A stretch of DNA of 64,000 nucleotides. It comes from Mobula hypostoma (taxonomy: Eukaryota). The position numbers and the translations under genes are program-made. The stretch's first letter is position 1. The number at the start of each line of letters is the position of its first letter. Under the pieces are notes generated by a model. It saw only the letters and a list, made by a program, of their open reading frames with translations, searched no databases and was not told the DNA's origin. Positions 47,961 through 62,096 of this stretch are shown here, piece after piece. Location of the stretch: NCBI RefSeq assembly GCF_963921235.1, contig NC_086108.1, forward strand, positions 103,418,001-103,482,000, read 5' to 3'.

Positions 47961-50811
47961 AATTAAGTACGAGTCATAATGAGGTAAATTGTGAAGTCAT
48001 GAATCTATTCTATTGCACTAGGGGAATGTTCAATAGTCTTGTAACAGCAGGTTAGATTAATGACAATTGAGCACTGCATGCAAATAACATCAAAAATCCT
48101 TTGTATTGAACTAGTAACATGTGAAAAGTAACACAAAACATACTGAAGGAACTCAGTAGATCAGGCATCATCTATGGAGAATAAAGAGCAGAAGTTTCAG
48201 ACCAAGAAAAGCATTGTTTTTGTATCAAATAGCAGCTGCACATACTTAAGTCATTTTATTGTTCAATATTAAAAAGGCTAAGAACACCTTTGTGTTTATG
48301 CCAGATTTTGTAGTTGTTCAACGTATTACTGATTTTTTTTGTTGTAATCAATCAACCTTAACATGACAAATAATTCCATTTGCTTCATTTTATAAAATGC
48401 AGTCATGATTACCCCAGCATGAGAGGACAGTTAAAGCATCTTATCATCATATAGTTTTGGTGCAATGGAACATTATTTTGAAATAATGAACATTAATGAG
48501 TTCTTACTGCTGATATACTCATTATGTCATTATAATATGGGCTTCAATTAGATCAATTTGGCAGCAGCAATATAATCAGTGAATTTAAGATCGCTTTCAG
48601 AACCAAAATGTATTTAAGCTAAAGGGTTAAAACAACATTGTCAACAGTCTGAAGCACCAGATGTAACATAATTACAGTCCATAATGATACATTTTAAAGA
48701 GTTCATTTACAAACAAGTGCCATTTAGAAAATTGATAAATAAATACTGGAAATAAATTTACATGCGCAATATGAGTGACACTAGTTCCTTTTCTTCTTTT
48801 TAGCTGATCCTTGGATCAAGGATGATTACCGTGCTGTCGATCCTGAGATGAGTCGCAAGGCCATTGTGGGACCCACGCATCTTTTTCCTACAATTAGGAT
48901 ATGCTGTACCCTTTTTACTGGACTTCTGTGTGTTCCTGCAGCATGGACTCAAGGTCGTCAACACCATCATGAAGCTTTTTCCTTACTCTGACAGATCATG
49001 GACCACAACTCTAGAGACACTGCAATTTCTCTCCCCCCCCACCCCCCCCGCGGGGTTTTGAGAATATCCTTGAACCTGTTCCTCAATCCATCTGGTAATC
49101 TCTTCTTTTAATGAAGTTGCATGACAGTAATTAGGGTCTCGACACCAGGTACATTGGTCTGGCTTAGGACCAATGTACCCAGTTCTTGTAGGTGTGCTCA
49201 GTGGTGGGGAAGGCTTTATCCGTGATGGACTGTGTTGTAACCAATACTCTTTGTACGATTTTCCATGCAAGGACATTGGTGTTTCCAGACCAGGCTGTGA
49301 CGCAGCAAGTCAACATACATCCATAGAAGTTTATCACAGCTTTAGATGACATGCAAAATCTTCATATTTAAGGAACATTTAGATAGGCATATGAACAGGT
49401 AGGGAATAGATGGATATGGATTACATGCAGGCAGATGGAATTAGTTTAGACTGGCAGCATGGTGAGCACTGACCTTGAGGGCTGAACAGCCTGTACCTGT
49501 ACTAAACTGTTCAATGATGTTTATTGCTATTGTTGTGTTCACTCACCTGTAACTACCAATTAGACTTTGACCCAAGAAGTAGAACAAAGAGGGCACATGA
49601 AATAAACGCTTATTCAGTAAAACCACGCAGACACAAAAATAAACAGAGCATCCAGAGAACGATTACTTAAACGACTTACCAAGAACATTCGAGGCGTAAT
49701 TAGGAACAACAACCAGTGAAAGTCAGCCTGGAATCAGTTGTCAGCTGACCAACAGGTGTTGGTTATTTTGGCTCGCCGTAACAGATAAAAGGAACAAGTG
49801 GCCCATATGGTCAAACCAAAACTTTAGGAATTTTACTTCAAAATATAGAGGCCAGATAGCTGTTGGTGTGACTGAAAATGATGGGCTAAAGAAAATCATG
49901 TTTTCGAGACCAGAAGCAGATGAGCACAATGACAGAGGTGGTCTGCAGAGTTGGGAGAAGCAAGATTCATGAAAAGGATGAGAAGTATTGCTTAATCAGT
50001 TTTTCAATTCATTCCTGGGGCATGGATATCATTGGGATTGGCTGCATTTCTTCCAACTGCCTTCCTGGCTGCTTCATACAGACTAAAGTGAATCACATAG
50101 ACCAGTCTAGGGTCTGATAAAGGCCAGATTGGATAAGGAAAGAATAGTTCATTCTCTGATATTATATAAATGCATAAATTTAAATTCCCCAGCTGACTTA
50201 ATCAGTTTCAAATTTACATCAATGCATTTACAGTTCAATGTTCCGGATACCAACTCAGAGTCCCTGCTTTCTGAACATCTTCTAAACTTACCTAATTCTG
50301 TTCCCACAGTCCCTTAAGACTTAGGTTCTCTAGATTTATGATACCAATACAGTAACATTTTTAAAGTGATTTTACTTGTTTTGGGCTATAAACACTTTAA
50401 CATCTAATAATCAAGAAAATGTACTCACCGAGCACTACCAAATTTATAAGACCATAAAATATAAAAGAAGAATTAGGCCATTTGGCCCTTTGAGAATTCT
50501 CCAAAATTCAACCATGCCTGAGTTATTTTCCCTCTCAACCCCATTTTTCCTGCCTTCTTCCCATAACATTTGGCGCCTTTATTAATCAAAAACCTATTAA
50601 CTTCTGCTTTAAATATACCCAATGACTTGGACTCCAAAGTTGTCTATGGCAATGAATTCCACAGACTCACCATCTTCTGGCCAAAGAAATTCCTCCTCTT
50701 TTCTGTTCTGTAGGGAAAACTAAGTGTGGGGAGAAATTGTTTTGACCTAGAGTGAAGAAAACTGAAGGAGTGACCTGATAGAAGTATTAAAAAATAGGTA
50801 AGTCAAAATGT

Positions 50812-51097
50812 CTATTTATTTATTGAGATACGGCATGGGATAGGCCCCTAAGGCCTTTCAAGTGGCAACACCCAGCAATCTCGATTTAATCCTGACCTAA
50901 TCATGGGACAATTTACAATAGCTAATTAAATTACCAACCTGTACGTCTTTGAACTGTGGGGGGGAAACCGGAACACCCAGAGGACACGCATACGGTCACA
51001 GGGATAACGTATAAGCTCATTACAGGCAGCGGCAGGATTTGAGCCTGGGTCACCTGTACTATAAAGCACGTGCTAACCACAACACTGCCATGCGGCC
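50812..51097 (-). mobile_element. tRNA-derived V-SINE
   Basis: Minus strand: GGCAGTGTTGTGGTTAGC, GGCTCAAATCC, V-domain and AATAAATAAATA tail. Confidence 0.72.
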
Positions 51098-51435
51098 CTC
51101 ATGGTAGGCTTAAGGTTGTTATAGCTGGGTGTGCTAGTGAAGTAGCTCTCACCTGTGGCTCCAAGCTGCTGTTTGCATGCAACAGCAGCCACACCCCAGT
51201 ACACTGCTTCGAAAGGCCAGCTAAACTAGGTGAGGGTCACCAGCGGCCTCATAACCAGAACAGAAGGAAAACGCAGCACAGGAAGTACTGCACAGTGCCA
51301 CTTGAGAGTCATTAAACAATAGTTGAGATAAGAAGCAAAATATCCAAAGGCATGATACTAAAGTGGAGGCACTTGCTATTGTATTTATCCTTCAACAAAA
51401 CAAACAGTAACTTCCTGCAGCATTAACTATGTCTT

Positions 51436-51773
51436 CAGTACTGTGCAAAAGTCTTAGGCACATACTAGGTTGCCAAGGATTTTTGCTCAGTACTGTATTT
51501 GTCAACATGGAGCGGAAAGCGAGTTTGTAAATCTGGCAGGAGCAGAGGATGTTGGGAATGGCAAGGGTGGAGTGCCACAAGAGGGGTGTGGAACAGTGCC
51601 AAGGGCAGGGGGTGAGGCAGTAGACACACCCAGTCCCAAGACACCAAGCAAGGTCATTTGATTTCAAACAATTGATTATTGATCGTTACAGGATCCCTCT
51701 CTGATGCTTCCCACTTCCTCCCCTACCCTTTTCCCAACCATAATTTCCTATATAAGACTTTTGCAAAGTATTA
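51436..51773. mobile_element. Tc1/mariner-type MITE with an extra internal copy of the right TIR
   Basis: Left TIR CAGTACTGTGCAAAAGTCTTAG. Inverted copies at about 51473-51495 (TTTTGCTCAGTACTG, followed by TA) and 51753-51773 (TAAGACTTTTGCAAAGTATTA). Confidence 0.65.
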
Positions 51774-52737
51774 TACATTGCTTGTAACTTATTATGGAAT
51801 CAAAATCAAGTTTATTATCACTGGCTGCGATTACGCCTCATCTCCTGCCTGTCCTCTCTATCATCTCTGTTGCATGCTTTCATGTTGTCACATGTTATGT
51901 GGATGTGAAGTCAGCTGAGTTGATGCACCAATTGGCTACAATTCTGCAGTACAGTGAGCCACTGGGATGAGAACAACACAGCAGTACCAGGAGACAGTAC
52001 ACTGAATTGGATTTTCAATGTTCTCTACAGCAAAACAAGACTCAAGCAGATTGTACCGCTTTGCCCAGAGCCAAAGTTCAGGATGTCTATGCTGGGCCAG
52101 ATTAGAATGTAGTGGGAGGGCATGCATGGGTGCCAACAACACAGATAGAGCAGAGAAAAGTTCTGTGTAGTTAGAATGAGGAGCCAGCTACCAGCTTCAG
52201 TAGATTCTCAGAGATAACAATTGCTACACCTAAACCATACTAAACCAAACTAGACCAGTGTTCCACTAAGGCACATAACGAGGTGAATAGAGAGCGGCAG
52301 CTCTTGATGAAACGAAGGGTCTGATTCCATGCTGTATGAATTAAATACACTAGGGAGAATTACAAATTAACTACAGGGAGGCAATGAAACTAAAACGCAG
52401 AGATATGCCAAATCAAAATGGGGATACAAGGCTGGAGAGTAAGGCATTAATATGTAAAATGATAAACAGACTGTGATAAGGAGGAAAGTGGAGTACAAAA
52501 CCAAGAATAAATCAGTAAACAAAAATGGCTATAAAGGTTACAAAAATGGGTATAAAGGTTACAAAAATAATAAAAGAATAAAACCAAAGGCTCCAAAATC
52601 TATATACAAGAAAATTTTGAAAACAAAATGGATTTTGAAAACAAAACTGAAGTTGTAAAATATGAAGGAGTATGATCTGGCAGCCATTACAGAGATTGGG
52701 ACACAGATATTGAACGGTACATGACTTCTCCGAGGAT

Positions 52738-53095
52738 AGGATCATCACCTCGTCGTAGTGGAGAGGCTTGTGAGTTCCTGGGATCCTGAGAGTGATGCCA
52801 TCCCAAGCTTTGCTCCTTGTAGGGTCATTCATGGCGATAAGGTCAAGGTTCCAGACAAAGACTGGTCCAACAAGACCTCAACAGTAGAGCTGGCAGAAGA
52901 TGATGACATCACAATGGTAGCGACGACTGAGGAAGGCCACAACAGTGAAAAGTCTCCTAGTTGTTTTGCATTCCTTGCCACTTGACCCTGACTCCAATCT
53001 GTCAAGGACCGTCTGGTGGCCGCCTGTGCTTCAACCTTCCCCATGTTACAGAAGGTTGAGCACAGGCATTCTCCATTAAGAAAATAACCCCTTAG
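52738..53095 (+). mobile_element. Probable RTE 5'-end-derived element
   Basis: GGATCATCACCTCGTCGTAGTGGAGAGGCTTGTG...TAGGGTCATTCATGGCG...CCAGACAAAGACTGGTCCA resembles the conserved 5' region of RTE/BovB/Expander elements. Confidence 0.5.
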
Positions 53096-53759
53096 GAGAA
53101 CATTATACTGAACTTGAGTGACACACTAAACTGCTACATGACATTTGCAAAGTACCAAGAGCTATAGAAAGTTGCTGGGATGACTTCATTAATTATGCTT
53201 AATCCAAATTAATTATGCTTAATCCAACAGGAATGGATAAACACTACTGCTACAAGGGTATAAAAGTGGTTTGGGTGGCGATAAACAACTAATAAAGGAA
53301 AGAAAACACTTGTGATTGTTGTGAACAAGCCTCCTAAAAGTAACCAGACTTCAAGGCAGAATATAAAGAAAGTAATAGGAGCTGGTCCAAAGGTTACTGT
53401 GAGAAGCATGAAGAACATTATCTACAAATTAAATGGAAAAAAAAAATCAGATAGGCAGGGGTTGCCTTGATGAGATTGTAGAATATTTTCATGGTAGTTT
53501 CTCATGATCTGAAGCCAGACAGACAGAAAGCTATACAATTGTACAATGAGCTAGGATTAATGAATGACCTCATCAGGAAGGTACCTCAAAATAGCAAAGA
53601 TCATAACACGATTAAATTTTACATTCAGTCCGAGACTAGTGTTTTAAACTTTAATAATGGTAATAATGAAGGGAGGGAAGTACAACATGCTACAGTGAAG
53701 TTGCATATTAGGTTAATAGATTAAGCAACCAGGATCCAAGACGGACATTTAAGGGGATC

Positions 53760-53945
53760 ACACACACATGTATTGGATGAACTGAACATACATGATGTGG
53801 GTTAAACAACTGACATTCCGGGCCATGACCCTTTTATCAGGACTGGAGAGGAAAGGAGAAAAAGCTAGAATAGGGTGGGAGAAGGGGAAGTAGTACAAGC
53901 AGGCAGCTAATTAGTGAAACCAGGTAGGGAGAAAGGTGGTTGGGT
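53760..53945 (-). mobile_element. Old Penelope pseudo-LTR fragment with decayed hammerhead
   Basis: Plus strand reads TGACATTCCGGGCCATGACCCTTTTATCAGGACTGG followed by a purine-rich tract, homologous to 5790-5900. Confidence 0.6.
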
Positions 53946-55789
53946 GGGGTATCTTTCAGAATACACAGGACATACTCTAACGAGATAGAAAAACTTAAAA
54001 GCTAAAGATGGTATCAAATCTAAACAAAAAAAAACTGAGTTGCACTGAACAGATGGCAGATCAAAGACTGGAAAGAACATACAAATTTAGGAAGTTTATG
54101 GAAGGAGTGCACATATAAGATAATATGAAAACACATGTTTTAGTAGATATCATCCTGAAATGTAAACCAAAAAAAAGGTTTGGGGAATCAATACTGGGAA
54201 AACAGAGGAAGCAATGAATTAAACAGGCAATTTGCATCAAATCTTCACTATAGACAGTACAAACTGCATAACAGACTAGTTGTAATCTGGCAATCTGAAG
54301 GGAAAAAGGAAATCATACAATCATGATAGCAGTGCTGTATAAACTGCTGGAGCTGTGGGCTGACAGATGATGGACTGCACCATGGGTTCTTCACATAAAT
54401 GGCTAGTACAGACTTGATGCATCACTTTTACTTTTTCAAATTTTCTTAAGATTCCAGAATGTTTTGATAAATTGGTAATAAAAATATAACACCTTTAGTC
54501 CAATAAGGTGAGTGATGAAAAAAAAACGATGGGAGGGTCAGCTTAACATCTGACATAGGGAAGGGCGTTAGAAAATCCAAGGCGATCAGTCAAAGTCAAC
54601 ACAGTATAAAATATTAATGTCTGGAATGCTCAGCAGGTTAGATAGAGAATAAAAGAGAAACAAAATTAACACTTCAGCTCGAGTTAGAATTTGGCTTGAG
54701 TTGAAGAACCTTTGACCTGTAGTACTGTTTCTACAAATACCTGACCTTCTGTGCCTTTCCAGTATTATCTGGTTTTACTGCAGGTAAAGCCTACCACACC
54801 ACTGAGCACATCTACAGCTAGCACTTTGTTTTGTTGTTCACTCATTAAGTTGAGTCCAACTCTTCGTCTTCGCACTGGGGAGCACCATTGCAGGTAAACT
54901 GCATCCATCAAGGACCCCCTACCATTCAGGCCATGCCCTCTTCACTGCTGCCACGCCCTCTTCACTGCTGCCACCAGGAAGAAGCTATGAGCCTCAAGTC
55001 ACAACACCACCAGGTTCAAGAACAGTTATTACCCATTAACTATCAGGCCCTTGAAACAGAGGAGATAACTTCACTCACCCCATCATTGCACTGTTCCCAC
55101 ATTTTCAAGGGGTTTTCATTTCATTTTCTTGATATCTGGTGTTTACTTATTATTTTCTTTTTTCTGTATTTGCACAGTTTATTGTCTTTTGCACTTTTGT
55201 AATTTGTCTGTCTTGTTGTGACTGTTTCTCATTGATTCTATTGTGTTTCTTTGTTTATTGTGAATGAGTGCAAGAAAATGAATCTCATGGTTGTATATGG
55301 TGACATATATGAACTTTTAAAATAAATTTACTTTGAACTTTGACTTCTAACATCTGCAGCTTTTTTTAATTTTGAGATGAATATAGTTTTGTGAAAGGGA
55401 CATCTTATTTTACTAATTCTTTGAAGCTGTAGAATAAAGGAAATCAGGATGTACCATACAGGCAGACAGGCAGTTATTGGAGGGGGGGGGGGTTGATTCC
55501 TAGAAAACTGTACTGCAACTTCCCATAACATGTCATCAGCTCATGCATCAAGAAATGAGGGTTGAGAAAAAAAAGTACATTTACTCCCAAAATTCCTTGA
55601 GAGCAATTCCATTTTATATCTAAAATTTTTGGGAAGTGATTTTTGAATTTTTAAAAGGCAAATTTCTATTACCTGAACAATTGTAATATGGGTGCTTATA
55701 TTTCCAAAAGGCATCTGATAAACTACTATATCAAATATTATTAAGAAAAATATGTTTATTGTCTAGAGAAAATATACTGATTTTGATAG

Positions 55790-57160
55790 AAGAACAGTGA
55801 ATGGTAAACAGTGGGTGTAAATAAGTCTTTTTCCGGGTATGCCACAAGTGTTGGTGATGGGACTTCAGCTTTTTACACTTCATGTAAGATTAACTGAGGC
55901 ACAAAGGTATGGTTGCTGAATTTGATGATGGCACAAAGACAACTATCAAGAGGACATCACTAGGCAAAAGAATGTAAATAAGTTCAGTGACAGGACAAAG
56001 ATCTTGCAAACCTATCTCGCAAACGTTTGAGCATTTGATAGCTCTGAGCCTGTACTCACTGGAGTTTAGAAGAATGAAGGGGGATCTCATTGAAATTGAT
56101 CAAATATTAAAAGGCCGAGATATGGAAGACTTGGGGTGGATATTTCTAATAGTGATACGGTCAAGGACCCAAGGGCACTGCCTCAGAATAGGAGGCTCCT
56201 TTAGGACAGAGATGAGGAGGAACTTCTTTAGCCAGAGGACGGTAAATCTTCGGAATTCATTGTCAGGAGTGGCTGTGGATGTCAGGTCATTGGGTATATT
56301 TAAAGCGGGGTTTGATAGGTACTCAATTAGTAAGGGGGAAGAATACAGTTATCAGGGATAATAAATCAGCCATGATGGAATGACAGAGCAAACCCAGTGG
56401 GCCAAATGGCCTGATTCTGCTCCTATGTCTTATAGTCTAAATAGAGCACAATGTAAAATTGTCCACTTTGGCAGGAAAACAAAAACATTTCATCTAACTG
56501 GCAAGGGACTACAAAGCTTATATTTCCAGGCTTTTGATAAAGTACCATATCAAAGATTATTAAAGCAAATCAAAGCAGACCTGACTGGGAGGTCAGGCAG
56601 AGCAACTTGACTGCCTCAGTGCTTGACTGAAAAACAAAAAGGCTACTTTGCAGGCACAGCACATCGGTGAGACCACAGTACAGTAACAGTGTATTGTAAT
56701 GGTCTCATTATCTGCAAACCTGTTGGAAGCAGTTCAAAGGTTGGCTAACTACCTGAATGGGCAGGTTGTTTTATCTGGGAAGTATGGACAGGCTAGCAGA
56801 CACAGAAGTTTAGAGAGAGAAAGGAGGGGGACCTTGAATAAACACAAGATCCTGAGAGGTCTTGACAAGGTGGATATGGAGAGGAGAATGTGCAAGAATC
56901 TCAAATTAGGGGTCACTATTTAAAAATAAAAAGAGTACCTATTTAAGACAGAAATTAGATGAATTTTTACTGCTCAGAAGGTGAGTTTTTGATTCTTCTT
57001 CCTCAAATAGCAATAGAAAGATTCTTCGAATATTTTAAGACAATTACAATACTTGATAAAAAGATAATTTGCTGAAAGCTTATGAAATCTACAACTAGAT
57101 CAACTATGTTTTTGAATGGTGGAGCAGAATTGAGAGGCTGAGTGGTCCAGGCCAGTTCCA
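55790..57160 (+). mobile_element. Cluster of CR1 fragments of different ages
   Basis: LYSLEFRRMKGDLIE...FRTEMRRNFFSQR, FQAFDKVPY, and the CR1 3' tail GGGCCAAATGGCCTGATTCTGCTCC. Confidence 0.7.
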
Positions 57161-57556
57161 AATATAAATGCCACGGGTGGGGCTAGAGCTTCAGTGAGGG
57201 TGGTGGGTGAGTACGCAGAGATGGTGCAGTCCCTCAGTCTCATGCACTGCGATCCAATGGGCTCCTGATAAATGGGCTCAAAGTTCTTAGTGCTATCCCT
57301 AAAGTTGCTTCACTACTTTTAAGCAGGTGTATGCTAAGATCCCCATGACTTGTTGAGAATGACACAATTTTTTAGTGCTGGGGATAATAGTTCAGGAGAG
57401 GAAGCTGACATTCTGCTCATGGTTTTGAAGGATTTTGCTGCAACAACACAAGTCTCTTCCTCTCTCCCCATTGCTGCAGATCAACTATGACTCAGAAATG
57501 TACAAAGATGCACTATACCATAGTGGTTAGCGTAACATCATTACAGCCTGTGATCC

Positions 57557-58768
57557 ATATAACCATATAACAATTACAGCACGGAAACAGGCCATCTTGG
57601 CCCTTCTAGTCTGTGCCGAATGCTTACTCTCACCTAGTCTCAGCGACCTGCACTCAGCCCATAACCCTCCATTCCTTTTCTGTCCATATAGCTATCCAAT
57701 TTAACTTTAAATGACAACATTGAACCTGCCTCTACCACTTCTACTGGAAGCTCGTTCCACACAGCTACCACTCTGAGTAAAGAAGTTCCCCCTCATCTTA
57801 CCCCTAAACTTTTGCCCCTTAACTCTCAACTCAAGTTCTCTTGTTTGAATCTCCCCTACTCTCAATGGAAAAAGCCTATACAAGTCAACTCTATCTATCC
57901 CCCTCATAATTTTAAATACCTCTATCAAGTCCCCCCTCAACCTTCTACGCTCCAAAGAATAAAGACCCAACTTGTTCAACCTTTCTCCGTAACTTAGCTG
58001 CTGAAACCCAGGTAACATTCCAGTAAATCTTCTCTGTACTCTATTTTGTTGACATCTTTCCTATAATTCAATGACCAGAACTGTACACAGTACTCCAAAT
58101 TTGGCCTCACCAATGCCTTGTACGATTTTAACATTACATCTCAACTCCTATACTCAATGCTCTGATTTATAAAGGCCAGCATACCAAAAGCTTTCACCAC
58201 CACCCTATCCACATGAGATTCCATCTTCAGGGAACTATGCACCATTATTCCTAGATCCCTCTGTTCTACTGTATTCTTCAATGCCCTACCATTTACCATG
58301 TATGTCCTACTTTGATTAGTCCTACCAAAATGTAGCACCTCACACTTATCAGCATTAAACTCCATCTACCATCTTTCAGCCCACTCTTCTAACTGGCCTA
58401 AATCTCTCTGCAAGCTTTGAAAACCTACTTCATTATCCACAACGCTACCTATCTTAGTATCATCTGCATACTTATTAATCCAATTTACCACCCCATCATC
58501 CAGATCATTAATGTATATGACAAACAACACTGGACCCAGTACAGATCCCTGAGACACACCACTAGTTACTGGCCTCCAACCTGACAAACAGTTATCCACC
58601 ACTACTCCCTGGCGTCTCTCATCCAGCCACTGCTGGATCCATTTTACTACTTCGATATTAATACCTAACGATAGAACCTTCCTAACTAACCTTCCGTGTG
58701 GAACCTTGTCAAAGGCCTTACTGAAGTCCATATAGACAACATCCACCGCTTTACCCTCGTCAACATCC
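57557..58768 (-). mobile_element. CR1 LINE 3' fragment (relatively young), inserted into a V-SINE
   Basis: DVVYMDFSKAFDKVPHGRL, VTSGVSQGSVLGP, YADDTK and LRGDLIEVFKIMRG, with a TATATGGT-type 3' tail. SINE head at about 57515-57556 and SINE body at about 58770-58950. Confidence 0.9.
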
Positions 58769-59999
58769 AGGTCCAATTCCCGCCACTATCTATAAGGAGT
58801 TTGTTATGTTCTCCCCATGACCATGTGACTTTCCTCTGGATGCTCCTCCCCATTCCACAGACTTACAGGTTGATAGGTCACATAGGTATAATTGGGGGGC
58901 ATGGCACCTTGGGATGGAAGAGCCTGTTACTATGCTGTATCTCTAAATCATAAAAAGGTCAGGGTTCATTGCTGCAGATAGACCAAGCACTTTGTATCTG
59001 ACTGTCACACTTTCTCCAGCCTGCCAATTGATCTAAGTATGCCTCCACCACTGAGCTGCCCTACTCTATCCTATCCCATTCTTGAGGAAGTGCTGCTGAG
59101 GGGCAGCAAAAGTCAACATTATGAATGGGCACCAAAGACAATAAGAATTTCATCATCGATGTCCGTCCTTGCTGAGCAATAGCCCCCAACAGCTGATCTC
59201 ATTGTCCAAGATCTTTTCATGGACCTTTTTGTCAAAAGGCAATTCGACAGTAAAGACAGGTTAGTTGAGAGTCTTTGGTTTGCAGTTAAGAGCAAGGACT
59301 ATTTTCTGCTATGCTTCAATGGAAATTATTTAGAGATTTGCCTCTGAATATGTCTATAAACTCATCACACATTGGATGTTTGGTCGTATGATGATCACTT
59401 AAAATGATCATATGAAGATGACCAGCATTTGACCAAGCATCCAATGTGTGATGAAAACTCAGTAATCTACTGATTATTGCTTTTTCTTGTAATTTTAAAG
59501 TCATGAGACCAAATCCCACTGTGGCAAAATGAGAGAAATTGGTAATTTATGGGTTAGTTGTATAACCAAACAACTTACAGTCTTCAGGAAATGGAACTTA
59601 GCTGTTGGGTCAGTTTCAACTTTTGCGAATTTAAAGACAGCACAAAAAAGAAAGGTCCTTCGAGTTTAGGGACAATGCCCTCATGAGTCTAAAGGCAGTG
59701 TCGGAAACAGGGGGTATTTAGAGTACTGTGTGAGCAGCGGTAACGATAGCAGAGAGAGATGCTCGCATTCCCACCTCCTTCAGTTGGGAAATTGAAATAG
59801 GGACCTGCTAAGCCACACACAGTCATCCATCATCTGCCAACATCAGGCAGCACCACGCTGACAGCAAAGGGTTTCCCAGAGGATTTGCAGGAAAGGTTCA
59901 GGAAGTCTCAGCTAGTCCACAAGTGACAGGCAGCATACTGCTGGGTCTCAGAGGAGGGTTGAGAGCTATTGGGAGCAGTGATCAAAAGAACGAATGGCG

Positions 60000-60460
60000 A
60001 CATAGGCTTAAGGTGTATGGGAATAGATAAAGATACATTCTTGATCACAAAGGAAATTAGCGTCAGAGTAGCATTACAAGCACGCAGATATCAATATTAG
60101 AAGAGAAGAACGAAATATAAATTGCCACAAACAGCCTAACAGAAGGGGGTCATCACTTCCCTGGCTATAGGTTGACTCATTATAGAGCCTAATGTCTGAT
60201 TCTAAGAATGACCTCATGTAGCGCTCTTTGGAGCAGCGCAGTTGTCTTAGTCTATCACTGAAAGTGCTCCTCTGTTCAGCCAAGGTGGTATGCAGAGGGT
60301 GAGAAACATCGTCCAGAATTGCCAGGTTTTTCCATAGGGTTCTGCCACAGTCTCCAGTGTGTTGCGTTTATCTTCGAAAACAGCCTTTCTAATCAGTTTA
60401 TTGAGCCTGTTGGCATCACCCGTGTTAATGCCATTGCCCCAGCACATCACCGCATACAAG
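60000..60460 (-). mobile_element. Rex1/Babar-type LINE 3' fragment
   Basis: SSIILYAVMCWGNGINTGDANRLNKLIRKA and RLRQLRCSKERYMRSFL. Confidence 0.75.
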
Positions 60461-62096
60461 ATTATACTGGAGTGGAAGGAGGATAAGCGAGCAGGCAAAC
60501 TTGCTTTGGGAGAGAGTAAGTGCCCAGTGAGTGGAGAAGCAGATGAGGTGGGGATGAGGAGAGGTAGTAACAGGACCTTAGGAAACACTTGCAAGAAGGG
60601 CAGCAAAGGAGGAAGACCGAAGAAGGGAATCAGGATGGGGCTTTGCAGGGAAGCCATAGACTAAGGGCTTAAGCAAGTACATGCATATAATCATAGAACA
60701 GTACAGCACAGTACAGGCCCTTCAGCCCACAATCTTATGCTGACCTGTTAACCTTATCCAAGATCTAACCCTTCCCTCCCAATAACTCTCTATTTTTCTA
60801 TCATCCATGTGTCTATCTAAGTTAAATACCCACAATATATCTGCCTCTACCACCATTCCATGCTCCCACTACTGTGTACAAAAACTTAGCTCTGACACCA
60901 ACCCCCCCCCCAACATATACTTTGCTCCAATTACCTTAAAACTATTCCCCCTCATATTAGCAATTTCCACCCTGGAAAAAAGTCTCTCTCTGTCCAGTGT
61001 ATCAGTGCCTCTTAACATCTTGTACACATCAAAATACAAAGACTAAGGAACAACTTTAGTCGCTGTATACATTTTCATTTAATAGGAATTTGCTGTGCTG
61101 TGTTGGTGCTACATGCAACAAAAACAACATACAATGGTTATACAGAATTACATAAAAATAAAGTTAGAAGCATGGATATGGTATAAAATGTGTATAAATA
61201 CACAAATACCAGCTTGTATTTACAATGTAAATAGCAATATAATAAGTGGTTTACAGTGACTGGGGTAATAGATAGAGGGGGTTGGAGGGGTTGCGGGGAG
61301 GGAGCTAACTAGAATGGTTGATCATTAACTGCCTGTGGGAAGAAACATTTAAGATGATGGGAAGTATTTGTCTCATTAGCTCTATAGCACTTTTTGGAAG
61401 AAGCATTTTTGAAAGCGCAGTTTGTGTTCCCTGCTGGCGTGTGCATGTGCGTGTCCACATACAGATATGCGGAAGTCTATACCGCAGATTTCCAAATGTC
61501 TTGGACCTCTTTGCTACTAGACCAAGACTGCACTTTGTCTAGTCTATATAATAACTGCAGTGCAATAGTGTAAAAATGATTTACGTACAGGTGTTTTCTA
61601 TTCTTTAGAACTGAAGTGGGAGTCACAAGGGAGTGTCTAAAAAGGAATTCAGAGCTTCACTCCAAGAGCAGTTACATCTTAAAACAAATTCAGGAGCATC
61701 AGGAGGTCAGAAAAAACAAACTTGAAAGCCTGCCTTCTGTTTATCTGTAAATCCAGTTCCAAACCAAATCTTAATACCCTATGGGCAAGGTAGGAGGAGC
61801 AGTACACATATTTTGTCAATATCACCTAACATCAAGAAGCCAATACCTACGAAATGGAAGAGAACACTCGAAGAACAAAAATACAATTTAAAGGTAAACT
61901 TCCCTTGAAACATATGTCTTAACCTGGAAATTATCTCAAAGAGGACGATTCAAATGTTCCCAAACCACACCACGGATAAACTAGGAGATCCCCTAATCTA
62001 GGATTCTGTGATTCTGTAATTCAAATCAGGCAACTCTGGACTATACCCATCCTAACAGGCTCCAACATACCTGAATCCAGAGTCACCATTGTGGAC

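Noticed and set aside
18285..51097. tRNA genes suggested by A-box and B-box motifs
   Set aside because: Each motif runs into a SINE body and lacks a full cloverleaf.
52515..52575. 21-bp tandem repeat encoding KNGYKGY in a small ORF
   Set aside because: A simple local duplication in decayed sequence. Similar 20-bp duplications occur at 3301, 53191 and 54931.
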